64,000 nucleotides of DNA. It comes from Spirochaetales bacterium (GTDB taxonomy: Bacteria; Spirochaetota; Spirochaetia; JABEVK01). Under the pieces are notes generated by a model that was not told the DNA's origin, did no database searches, and saw only the letters and a program-made list of their open reading frames with translations. Below, in pieces: positions 26,293-34,557 of this stretch. Each line of letters starts with the position of its first letter. The stretch's first letter is position 1. The stretch covers positions 1 through 64,000 of the forward strand of contig JBAXAI010000001.1 in assembly GCA_037142615.1 (NCBI GenBank), in the 5' to 3' direction. Made by a program: the position numbers and the translations under genes.

Positions 26293-27180
26293 TCAGCCAA
26301 ATACCCTCTGAAACGGCCACACATTCCCTTCGGGGTTATGATCCTTGCCGCTGTTGTGGTCGTCGATGATGGCGAACACCAGCGTCGAGAAGTGGCCCTC
26401 AAACTCCTTCTCCTCCAGGATCTCGGCGAAGAGCTCGGCAACGTGGCCCGGAGGGTTTCGGAAGGCACCGCAACCAAAGGCGCTCAAAACCGCCACCTCG
26501 TAACCATGGGCGATCAGGATGCGGAAGATCGTCCGGATTTTCTGCCGGGTTGGTTCGACCATCGATGGGGCGATTCGGAACTCGCGACCTACCTGAACGA
26601 GGTCAGGGCGATTAATGGCGGGAACGCTCACCACGCTGAAAACAGCCGGTGCGATCGCCGGGGAATACCCCGTTGTCTCGCTGGAGCGGAAGAAGGTGAT
26701 CTCGGGCGAGAAACAACCTCCCGTCTGCTGATCGAGGGGATACCGATCGGTCGGATGAGATGGCAAACCAAATTGTGCCGCGAGACCGGGTTCGAACGGA
26801 AACAACGACGCAAACAAGTTCGACCGGCGAAACAGGTTTTCTTCCTGCGCTCCCGCGCCTCCAAGCACGCCACCACCAGGCTTTTGCCTGTTGGCCATGT
26901 TGAGAACCACCGGTTTTTGGCCTGTGGCAAGAAGCAACCTTGCGGCCTCGATGCAGTCGGCTTCAACCACAACGGTCTTCAAGATCTTTCGGACAGGAGG
27001 CGAAACAGCGGCGGGCGGCGAGGCGTAAAGTTGAGCTGGTTTGACCTTCAGTAGTTTTGGGTCGGCCTTTACCAGCTTCACGGTATCCTGGAAGATCCCT
27101 TGGCGCAGGGCGTGCAGTTTGTCGCGGTCTTTCGCGGCCGAAGCCTCAAAAAACTGTTGCCGCCATTCGGTGTTGTTCAT
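26293..27180 (-). CDS. TIGR02452/DUF2263 bacterial poly(ADP-ribose) glycohydrolase (macrodomain)
   Basis: VLNMANRQKPGGGVLGGAGAQEENLFRRSNL (GGG-X6-QEE signature); LSAFGCGAFRNPP. Confidence 0.92.
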   Translation of the reverse strand: MNNTEWRQQFFEASAAKDRDKLHALRQGIFQDTVKLVKADPKLLKVKPAQLYASPPAAVSPPVRKILKTVVVEADCIEAARLLLATGQKPVVLNMANRQKPGGGVLGGAGAQEENLFRRSNLFASLFPFEPGLAAQFGLPSHPTDRYPLDQQTGGCFSPEITFFRSSETTGYSPAIAPAVFSVVSVPAINRPDLVQVGREFRIAPSMVEPTRQKIRTIFRILIAHGYEVAVLSAFGCGAFRNPPGHVAELFAEILEEKEFEGHFSTLVFAIIDDHNSGKDHNPEGNVWPFQRVFG

Positions 27181-27194
27181 GTATTTCTCCGGAC

Positions 27195-27385
27195 TCAGGT
27201 TTTTTCTTTAGGAACTCTTAGCACTTGGTGAAACACCGAGTTTTCCTCGGCAACCTGCGCGAACAACGTCATGCACGAACCCAGCTTCTTGTCATCTGGA
27301 GGGTCAAAAACGGCGCGCGCAGGCAGTCCAAGTGCCAAAAAGGCAGCGGTGGTCTCGCGCAGACGCGGGCCGAGAAGCTGATTTT
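27195..27385 (-). pseudogene. C-terminal fragment of a DUF1810 protein
   Basis: LLGPRLRETT...VFDPPDDKKLGSCMTLFAQV...VFHQVL resembles the DUF1810 C-terminal half; N-terminal half absent. Confidence 0.65.
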
Positions 27386-27601
27386 CACCCAGTCGTCCAG
27401 ATCGTTGCCCTTCAGGGGACTGTTCTTGCGCAGTTCCTGCTGCGAATCGGACAGCGACTTCTGTTCCACCCAAACCAAACGCGGAAGTTTCACCGCCTCG
27501 CCCTCGCGCAACGCTTTTTGGGCAGTCCGGACCCAATGGGCAGCCAGCGGGGCTGCGCAGGTGGTGTGAATCGCGGGAAACAACGTGATTTCGAAGGTCA
27601 T
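27269..27601 (-). CDS. Hypothetical protein, probably 3'-truncated, running out of frame into the DUF1810 relic
   Basis: SD AAGGAG before ATG 27601. Confidence 0.4.
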   Translation of the reverse strand: MTFEITLFPAIHTTCAAPLAAHWVRTAQKALREGEAVKLPRLVWVEQKSLSDSQQELRKNSPLKGNDLDDWVKISFSARVCARPPLPFWHLDCLRAPFLTLQMTRSWVRA

Positions 27602-27668
27602 GGGACGCTCCTTGGTCGATATTCTCGTTCAATTCGAAGGATAGTTCACAGCCATGCACCAATAGCGC

Positions 27669-28067
27669 ATGAACGTCCACGTCTTTTTCCGTTGCCCTGG
27701 CCACCACGTGATCGGACCGGGACTCTTGGCCGGCTGGCGCTGGACCATCGCCGCTTCAGGCTTCGCAAACCTGGTGCGGGACCCCGGTTGCAAGGTCTGG
27801 GGTCTGGTCTACTTGGACCCGCGCGGTGGAGGAAGGCGTGGCCTCTCCCGCCTATCTGGCGAGCACCTTCTGCGCCAGCTGCAGGTCGTGGGCGCGGAAA
27901 AACTCGTCCATGGCGACACGAATTGCGCGCAAAATCCCGGAACGGCTTCGTACAGGTTGCAGGAGGCCCTATGGTCCGCAAGTCCCGCTCCCGCCGAAAA
28001 GTCAACAATCCAGAACCGTCTACCGAACAAGCTCACTTTGTCCTGGTGGCGGCCGTCGAAGTTCTGA
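27669..28067 (+). pseudogene. Gamma-glutamylcyclotransferase (AIG2-like) remnant
   Basis: RCPGHHVIGPGLLAGWRW...GFANLVRDPGCKVWGLVY resembles the GGCT core. The YFAYGSN N-terminus is missing and the 3' end overlaps the next gene. Confidence 0.45.
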
Positions 28068-30097
28068 GGCGCCGACACTACGACGAGTCATTGCTCCGAA
28101 TCCTCGACCAGAAACTCCCTCCCGATCTGCTGAGCCGCTGCGTTGAGGCTTTTCTTTCAGGCACCGGCCGTGCGACAGAATCCTCGACCTCAGTCTGCAC
28201 CTCGCTCTCGGATTTTATGGTGGAGTTCGTGGACGGAGACCAGATCAAGCGTTTCGAACGTGGCATTCAACGGTTTGTCGAACCCCTGCTCGCGAGCTGG
28301 GTCGTTGGTGAGGGCTGCCAGTTCCCCCAGCGTGTGGTCAAGCTCGGAGAGATCCTCAAGCTGCCGTCCGACGAGCAATGGTTGCTCTGGACTGTCCACC
28401 TGATTCAGGATGATCCGGACATCATGCGCATTCTTCGTCATTTTGAGGGCGACTTCAACGAGCAGATTTCAATTCTCAGTCGGCTTCCGCGGGAACAAGT
28501 CAGCGCGTGCATGCAGGAAGGCTCTTCGCTCCGCGAAACCGGCGTGTTCGATTCCAGCCCCTTTCTAGACAACCAATTGGCTCGGTGGGCGGCAGACTTT
28601 TTGCGTACCGGTGACCATGACCGGTTGCTCGAGAAAATCGCCAAACAGGACTCAGGCGAGGTCTACCCCGTCGATAGTTTCCCGATTCGGGCCGACGAGA
28701 AGGAGTGTCTTGAACTCCTGCTGAAGTCAGGCCGGGCGGTGAATATCCTTTTCTGGGGCCAGCCAGGTTCCGGAAAGACCAGCCTGGCCCGCTCGGTGGT
28801 GCGGGCTACGGGCAAGGTGCCCTATGGATTGCATCTCCCGGTCGACGCGAGCAACGCCACCACCGAACGGATGTCGGCGCTCAAGATGGCTCCTTTTCGC
28901 CTCAGTCCCCAGACCGACGTGCTGATTGTCGACGAGGCCGAACCTTTGCTCGATGTTGACAGCGGTCGCCGCTCGCAGGGGAAGGCCTGGATCAACCGCT
29001 GGCTCGACTCGAGCGTTCTGCAAGTCATCTGGATCGTGAACAACCTTGAGGACCTCCACGAAGCCGTGCGTCGCCGTATGGACTTCAACCTGGGTTTCGA
29101 GGGCATGTCGGAGCGCCAGCGTCTGGGCGCGTGGAAGGCCTTGACTGCAGACCTCGTGAGTTCGGGTCGCCTCGAAGTGCCGGTCATCGAGCGTCTTGCT
29201 CGCGAATACAGCGTCAACACCAACGCGATCAAGAAGAGTGTCGCGGTTCTTGGAACAGCAGGTGCCGTCCAAGAGTCAAAGAAGAATGAACGACTTCTGC
29301 GGGTGCTCCTGGAACGCCATCAGGAGATTCTTTCCAAGGGAGCCCCCGGTGGCACGGTCAAGCAGTTGTCCAGCGTCTATGATCTGTCGCTGGTAGGCTG
29401 TGACCACGACCTGAAAGAGGTTGGCGACACGCTGGCCGAGTTTCAGCGCCAACGAGAAAGGCCCGACTTTGAGGGCCGCTGGAACGCCCTGTGCTCTGGC
29501 AAGCCGGGAACCGGGAAGACCGAATGGGTCAAGTCGATCTGCTCGGACTTGGGCATGCGGCTCACCTACGTTTCCGGTGGCGACGTCATCTCACCGTTCG
29601 TGGGAATGACCGAGCGCCGCATTGCCCAGATGTTCCGCACCGCGCAGGACGAGGGCAGCGTGCTGTTCCTCGACGAGGCCGACAGCCTGCTGCGCAGTCG
29701 GGAAGGGGCCAAAAACCCCTGGGAGATCACCCAGGTGAACGAGTTTCTCACAAGGATGGACAACTTCAGCGGCGTCTTTTTTTGTGCCACCAACAGCCTG
29801 GAAACTCTTGACCCCGCGCTTATGCGCCGTTTCACGTGGAAGCTGACTTTTCGTCCGCCAGAGGCAGAAGCTCGGGTGAGACTCGTCAGCGCACGCTTTC
29901 CCGGCCTTGTGTTCAGCGAGGCGCAGCAGGCTCGGATCCACAGACTCGAGGGACTGACGCCGGGAGACGTGCAGATCGTTTGGGACCGGAACCGCTACAG
30001 TCCGGCTTCGACTGCGCTCTCGGTTGTCGAGGCCTTGGCTTCGGAAGTTTCCGCCCGAAGCGGTCAGAGTTCCACCGGGAGGATCGGGTTCCACTGA
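27971..30097 (+). CDS. AAA+ ATPase with two AAA modules
   Basis: SD AGGAGG before ATG 27971; Walker A GQPGSGKT and GKPGTGKT; Walker B LIVDEAE and LFLDEAD; LDPALMRRF; C-terminal RIGFH. Confidence 0.9.
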   Translation: MVRKSRSRRKVNNPEPSTEQAHFVLVAAVEVLRRRHYDESLLRILDQKLPPDLLSRCVEAFLSGTGRATESSTSVCTSLSDFMVEFVDGDQIKRFERGIQRFVEPLLASWVVGEGCQFPQRVVKLGEILKLPSDEQWLLWTVHLIQDDPDIMRILRHFEGDFNEQISILSRLPREQVSACMQEGSSLRETGVFDSSPFLDNQLARWAADFLRTGDHDRLLEKIAKQDSGEVYPVDSFPIRADEKECLELLLKSGRAVNILFWGQPGSGKTSLARSVVRATGKVPYGLHLPVDASNATTERMSALKMAPFRLSPQTDVLIVDEAEPLLDVDSGRRSQGKAWINRWLDSSVLQVIWIVNNLEDLHEAVRRRMDFNLGFEGMSERQRLGAWKALTADLVSSGRLEVPVIERLAREYSVNTNAIKKSVAVLGTAGAVQESKKNERLLRVLLERHQEILSKGAPGGTVKQLSSVYDLSLVGCDHDLKEVGDTLAEFQRQRERPDFEGRWNALCSGKPGTGKTEWVKSICSDLGMRLTYVSGGDVISPFVGMTERRIAQMFRTAQDEGSVLFLDEADSLLRSREGAKNPWEITQVNEFLTRMDNFSGVFFCATNSLETLDPALMRRFTWKLTFRPPEAEARVRLVSARFPGLVFSEAQQARIHRLEGLTPGDVQIVWDRNRYSPASTALSVVEALASEVSARSGQSSTGRIGFH

Positions 30098-30113
30098 TGG
30101 CGCCCCGGTTTCC

Positions 30114-30228
30114 GATTCCCATCAGGCTTGGAGCAAAAAAAACTCCCGCTACAGGAGTTTGGTGGAGATTCGCAAAGCGGATCTCCAGGCGCTTTCCGTA
30201 GGAATGCGCCAAGCGCCTGATGGGAATC
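30114..30228. repeat. 14 bp perfect inverted repeat of the tRNA-Gly 3' end enclosing three hairpins
   Basis: GATTCCCATCAGGC (30114-30127) pairs with GCCTGATGGGAATC (30215-30228). Internal stems at 30140-30160, 30163-30187 and 30188-30210. Confidence 0.8.
30135..30160 (-). terminator. Rho-independent terminator on the minus strand
   Basis: Minus strand reads AAACTCC TGTAGCG GGAG TTTTTTTT. Confidence 0.6.
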
Positions 30229-30408
30229 CCTTCCAGTCGGTCACTTCGTGTGACCTCCTTCCAGGCCGCCTACGCCCGCTTTCGCCGGCATCGTGTCCTA
30301 CGATTGCCCTACGGACGGACTCGCGGAGTACCTCGACGCAGGGGCGAGTATCTTGCTGCAGAATCAGCTGCACTTCGGCGAGGACTCTGGCGACGGCGGC
30401 CTGGCGGG

Positions 30409-31143
30409 TCAATCGTAATACCTGATCGTGTTCGTGGTGATAGCTATGTCACGCGTGAACACCCGGCTGTAGTTTTTCCCGACTGTTCCCTCGGCGGCAT
30501 AGAGCAAGTATGGAAACACTACGGATAGGTCACTGGTCTCTCCGTAACTTCCAACCGATAGTTGCCAGAGGAGAATGGGGTCTCCGTCCGAGTCGACCTT
30601 CTTGGCGTCGAAGGCGTTCAATGAGACCATCCTCAAGAAACTGGTCACTTGATTCGATTGGTACCCAGTGACTCCGAGTCTAGTATTTTGCGTCGTCGTC
30701 ATGTCGAGTGACAATGCATTTCTACCAGCAGGGCGAATCACTCCCGTCGTGGTGGACTCCCCGGTTGGGACTTGGCCGAAAACCGGGCTGTTGACTGTGG
30801 ATGAAACTGGACTCCCAATGCTGTACGAGAGGTATACCACTTGGTCGAAGTCGTTCCCCTTGGTAGCGACGACGGCACCGTTACGCTCAAGGAATCTGCT
30901 CACCATATGGGCATAGTTCTGGTATGCGAAATCGTACTTCGCGGCCTTTGGATCAGCGCGCTGAACGGAAACTTTCGTCCCCGCCCTGAATCCACCGACA
31001 CTTCGTGCTGAAATGCTTGCCGTCATGGTGCTACACGATGACAGCAGAGCTACGGCCAGAAACCCGGCTACTAGACTAATACGGATGCGAATGGCGCCAC
31101 CCCCTTTCTTCTCTAATCTCGTCGGGTTTTTCAACCCCGTCAA
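30409..31143 (-). CDS. Putative lipoprotein cargo gene
   Basis: RIRISLVAGFLAVALLSSC signal peptide and lipobox; more AT-rich codon usage; start uncertain (TTG 31143 or ATT 31092). Confidence 0.7.
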   Translation of the reverse strand: MTGLKNPTRLEKKGGGAIRIRISLVAGFLAVALLSSCSTMTASISARSVGGFRAGTKVSVQRADPKAAKYDFAYQNYAHMVSRFLERNGAVVATKGNDFDQVVYLSYSIGSPVSSTVNSPVFGQVPTGESTTTGVIRPAGRNALSLDMTTTQNTRLGVTGYQSNQVTSFLRMVSLNAFDAKKVDSDGDPILLWQLSVGSYGETSDLSVVFPYLLYAAEGTVGKNYSRVFTRDIAITTNTIRYYD

Positions 31144-31224
31144 CGCTTGTCTTCCCGTATTTTAAGCCCTGTATACTTCGTAGTTATTTACCCGCCACTC
31201 CACCCCCATCAGAGATAAGCTTCG

Positions 31225-31421
31225 TCTGGGATGTATACGTTCAGGCTCAGCGCCACGGCCTGCGCGTCGTCGTGGCTTGCCTTGGTCCCGTCGTCGGCCA
31301 CCCCCGTCGAGAGTTTGCGGCGCTTGCCGGTGATCGGGTCAGGAAATTACGCCCGCCAGTACCTTGCACCCGAGGGCGTGAGGTCGGAAACGAGCTTGAG
31401 AGCGGCCTTGCTTGAGGACAT
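31225..31421 (-). pseudogene. Integrase N-terminal (arm-binding domain-like) relic with in-frame stop
   Basis: Hand translation MSSSKAALKLVSDLTPSGARYWRA*FPDPITGKRRKLSTGVADDGTK...; SD GGAAGGG; immediately downstream of the tRNA. 3' boundary approximate. Confidence 0.55.
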
Positions 31422-31524
31422 AAAACTACCCTTCCTGCCCTATGTTCTGCCCTACGTTGGGCAAATCGGTCGGGCGGTACGGGGCGGGAAACCAGCAAAC
31501 CCTTGCGGCACAGTGGGTTGAAAC

Positions 31525-31596
31525 AGCGCCTGATGGGAATCGAACCCACGTCTTCAGCTTGGGAAGCTGAGGTAATAGCCATTATACGACAGGCGC
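31525..31596 (-). tRNA. tRNA-Gly (anticodon CCC)
   Basis: GCGCCTGTCGTATAATGGCTATTACCTCAGCTTCCCAAGCTGAAGACGTGGGTTCGATTCCCATCAGGCGCT folds as a cloverleaf; U discriminator; CCA not encoded. Confidence 0.95.
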
Positions 31597-31643
31597 GCGA
31601 AGGACTTCACAATACCCCCAGTTCCGGTGCAAAGTCAACTCCG

Positions 31644-32012
31644 ATGAAATCTGCCATTGCCTCGGTTCTGTGGTTCCTCGTGGCTTTTTCCTTGCTGGGC
31701 TGCACCTCACGTGGCCCCCGGGAAGTCGCGGAGCACTACCTGGACGCGCTCGCACGGTTGGATTTCGGTGCTGCGGCGTCTGACGTTGCCGACGAGGGCA
31801 AGGCCAGCCTCGAATTGATCGCGCAGCTCCACCAGACCCTCACCGCAGATGAGCAGGAGAAGTTCCGCTTGCGTGACTGGCAGGTCACGGGCCACCAGCA
31901 GCAGGCGAACCGTGCCACAGTCGACTTCGTCTTCGACACGACCAAGATTGGCCAGTTGACCTTGATCAACTACGCGGGCACTTGGAAGGTCGTGTCCAGG
32001 AAAACCTTCTAG
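31644..32012 (+). CDS. Putative lipoprotein (NTF2-like / DUF4878-like)
   Basis: Lipobox LLGC; GPREVAEHYLDAL...D...A; GTWKV. Confidence 0.7.
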   Translation: MKSAIASVLWFLVAFSLLGCTSRGPREVAEHYLDALARLDFGAAASDVADEGKASLELIAQLHQTLTADEQEKFRLRDWQVTGHQQQANRATVDFVFDTTKIGQLTLINYAGTWKVVSRKTF

Positions 32013-32021
32013 CGTATCAAC

Positions 32022-33110
32022 TTAATTCGTCAAATGTTCAGGATCGACTTCTTCGATATCGATCAACTGGCGAATGGCGGCCTCGGGAGGAAGTTCCTTG
32101 TTCAGGATTCGGTACACCACCGGGATAATCTCAATCTTGGGTTTGTATTTTTCGTACAGGGCCCAGGCGTGCCGTGCCGCCATCACGCCCTCGGGCAGGT
32201 AGCCGATCCGGCTGATGTTGGCGATCAGGTCGTCGATCGAACTGTAGCTGTCGAGCAGGTTCTTGAGGATGATGTCGCGGCCGAAGCGGCGGTTTCGTCC
32301 GAAGGGACTGCGACAGGTCACGTCGAGGTCTCCTACTCCGGCGATCGAGGTGAAGGTTTCGGGGTGCGTTGCCCCCAGGGCCTTGCCCAGGATCTGGATC
32401 TCGTTGAGGCCTGCGGCCAGCAGCAGGCTCTCGGTGTTGTCACCGAACACCGGCGAGCGCTCCTTGAGCGCGTCCATGATGCCGAAGGCAATGGCCACCA
32501 CGTTCTTGAGGGCCGCGCACACCTGCACCCCAACCACGTCCATCGAAGCGAACACCTTGAGTGTGCGCCCCCGCAGCAAGTTTCTGACTCGAATGGAGTT
32601 ACGTGGGTTGGACGACGCAGAGATCAGGCCCGTGATCTTGCCTTCGACGACCTCTTCGGCATGGCTGGGGCCCGAGATGTACACCAGGTTGTTCTTGTAG
32701 AAGCCGGGGAGGTAGTTCTCCAGGGTCTCGACGATCAACTTGGGCTCCGAGCCCCCTGGCAGGAACCCTTTTGCGAGCACGCTGATGGTGGCCCGTCCTT
32801 CCTGTACGCAAGCCACGTTCAGAATGTCCTTCACCGACTGCAGGATGAAAAGCGAGGGCTGGGCGAGAATGAGGTACTCGCGCTCCTCGGCGGCTTCGCG
32901 GATGTCAGCGGTGGCGATCAGGGTTTCGGGCAGTTTGACCCCGGGCAAATAGCGCCGGTTCTCGTGCAAAGTGTTCAGATCGTCTGCGTTGGCCGCGGTG
33001 TTGGTCCACACGACGACGGTCTGCCCCTTATCGGCGATGGCTTTGGCAATGGCGGTTCCCCAGGAACCCCCCCCGAGAACGGCAATGCGGGCGTCAGACA
33101 TGGTGCTCAT
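32022..33110 (-). CDS. gpsA: NAD(P)H-dependent glycerol-3-phosphate dehydrogenase
   Basis: GGGSWGTA, ISGPSHAEEV, ALKNVVAIAFG, GVGDLDVTC, RNRRFG. Confidence 0.95.
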   Translation of the reverse strand: MSTMSDARIAVLGGGSWGTAIAKAIADKGQTVVVWTNTAANADDLNTLHENRRYLPGVKLPETLIATADIREAAEEREYLILAQPSLFILQSVKDILNVACVQEGRATISVLAKGFLPGGSEPKLIVETLENYLPGFYKNNLVYISGPSHAEEVVEGKITGLISASSNPRNSIRVRNLLRGRTLKVFASMDVVGVQVCAALKNVVAIAFGIMDALKERSPVFGDNTESLLLAAGLNEIQILGKALGATHPETFTSIAGVGDLDVTCRSPFGRNRRFGRDIILKNLLDSYSSIDDLIANISRIGYLPEGVMAARHAWALYEKYKPKIEIIPVVYRILNKELPPEAAIRQLIDIEEVDPEHLTN

Positions 33111-33171
33111 GCGGCCATTCTAGGGGCCAATGGTCGTTCCATCAAGGCAAGATTCGGATTACACTGACACC

Positions 33172-34545
33172 ATGGACCCACGCCGCAACCTCGACCGCCC
33201 TGTTTTCCTGGAAGTGTTTCTGCCGTTGTTTCGCCAACTCATCCAAAACGCCTGCATAAATACCGGTGAACCCGACTCGGGGCACGAAGACCGGAATATC
33301 GCGGTTCTGCAGGCGTACTTCGAACGCAATGGGTTGTACGGTGAGGTGTTTCATGCCCGCCCGGGCCGGGGAAACCTGCTGTTGCGGGTGCCCGGCAAGG
33401 ACCCGAAGGCCAAGAGCCTGATGTTCATGGGGCACGTCGATGTCGTTCCGGCCTCTGCCGCCGACTGGAGCGTCGACCCTTTCGCCGCCGAGATCCGGGA
33501 CAACCAGGTGTGGGGACGAGGCGCTGTCGACATGCTGTGCTGGACCGCCGCGCAGGCGGTGGGATTCGTCGAGGCCCTCAAGACGGCTCCCGAAGGTGGC
33601 TATCCCGGCGACCTCGTCTTTCTGGCTCTGGCCGATGAGGAAGCCTCGGGCCGCTGGGGCGCTCAGTACCTCGTGGCCAACCACTGGGACGCCGTCAAGT
33701 GCGACTACATGGTCACCGAGTTGGGCGGCTTTTTCGTCGATACCGAGCGCGGTCCCGCCGCCTTCTGCAATCTGGGCGAAAAGGGTGTGGCCTGGGTCAA
33801 ACTCACCGCCCGCGGCACGCCCGGCCATGGTTCCACGCCCTACCGCGCCGACAACGCCCTGCTCAAGCTCACCGAAGCGGCTGGGCGTCTGGCCCGTCGC
33901 AAGTTCCCCTTCCGCGCCACGCCGGTGTACCGGTCGATGGCCCGCACGGCGGCCCGGGGCCCCCTGGAACGCTGGGCCCTGAACCACGGCTGGGGGGAAG
34001 GTTGGGCCCTGGGCAGGGTCTTCGCGCGCGATCCTGGCTTGGCCCGCTACCTGCATACGGCGTCACGTACCACTGCGAGTCCCAACGTCCTGCGCGCGGG
34101 CGCCAAGGTGAATATCATCGCCGACCGCGCCGAACTGCTGGTCGACGTGCGCTGCGTACCAGGCACCACCCGCGAAAGCTTGAAGGCCGAACTCAGCCAT
34201 GTGCTTGGGCCGAGGCTTGCCCGCGAAGTGACCCTCGAGATCACCGATTGGTTCGAGGCCAACCTGTCCGAGAGTAAGTCCCCGCTCAAAACCGCCATCG
34301 AAAGCCTTTTCGCTGAGGCCCACCCGGGAGCGAGGTTGGCCGACATGGTCATCGGTGGCGTCACCGACGGCCGTTTCTGGAGGCCGCGAGGGACAACCGT
34401 ATACGGTTTCAGCCTGTTCAGCCGCCGCTTGACGATGGACGCCTTCGCCCAGCGCATCCATGGCATCGATGAGCGGATCGATCTCGAAAGCCTTTCGCTC
34501 GGTTTGGCCTTCTTCACCGAGTTGCCTGCACGCTTCTGGAAGTAG
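33172..34545 (+). CDS. M20/M25/M40 family metallopeptidase
   Basis: GHVDVVP, WGRGAVDM, ADEEASG, GHGS, IHGIDERI. Confidence 0.92.
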   Translation: MDPRRNLDRPVFLEVFLPLFRQLIQNACINTGEPDSGHEDRNIAVLQAYFERNGLYGEVFHARPGRGNLLLRVPGKDPKAKSLMFMGHVDVVPASAADWSVDPFAAEIRDNQVWGRGAVDMLCWTAAQAVGFVEALKTAPEGGYPGDLVFLALADEEASGRWGAQYLVANHWDAVKCDYMVTELGGFFVDTERGPAAFCNLGEKGVAWVKLTARGTPGHGSTPYRADNALLKLTEAAGRLARRKFPFRATPVYRSMARTAARGPLERWALNHGWGEGWALGRVFARDPGLARYLHTASRTTASPNVLRAGAKVNIIADRAELLVDVRCVPGTTRESLKAELSHVLGPRLAREVTLEITDWFEANLSESKSPLKTAIESLFAEAHPGARLADMVIGGVTDGRFWRPRGTTVYGFSLFSRRLTMDAFAQRIHGIDERIDLESLSLGLAFFTELPARFWK

Positions 34546-34557
34546 TATCTTACCGGC

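Larger units (their letters stand above)
30212..31541. mobile_element. Decayed tRNA-Gly-integrated element (~1.3 kb) bounded by 17 bp att direct repeats
   Basis: AGCGCCTGATGGGAATC at 30212-30228 and 31525-31541; TGCCCTACG-like tandem repeats inside both ends; integrase-like relic. Confidence 0.75.

Noticed and set aside
20579-27180. DarTG or DarT-NADAR toxin-antitoxin system
   Set aside because: No ORF with recognisable DarT motifs next to either NADAR or the PARG.
27332-27970. N-terminal 213 aa of the 921 aa AAA ORF
   Set aside because: Arg/Pro/Gly-rich non-protein-like sequence; a strong SD supports ATG 27971.
30149-30412. 87 aa minus-strand ORF
   Set aside because: Crosses the att core and hairpins, is Arg-rich with no motif, and is likely spurious.
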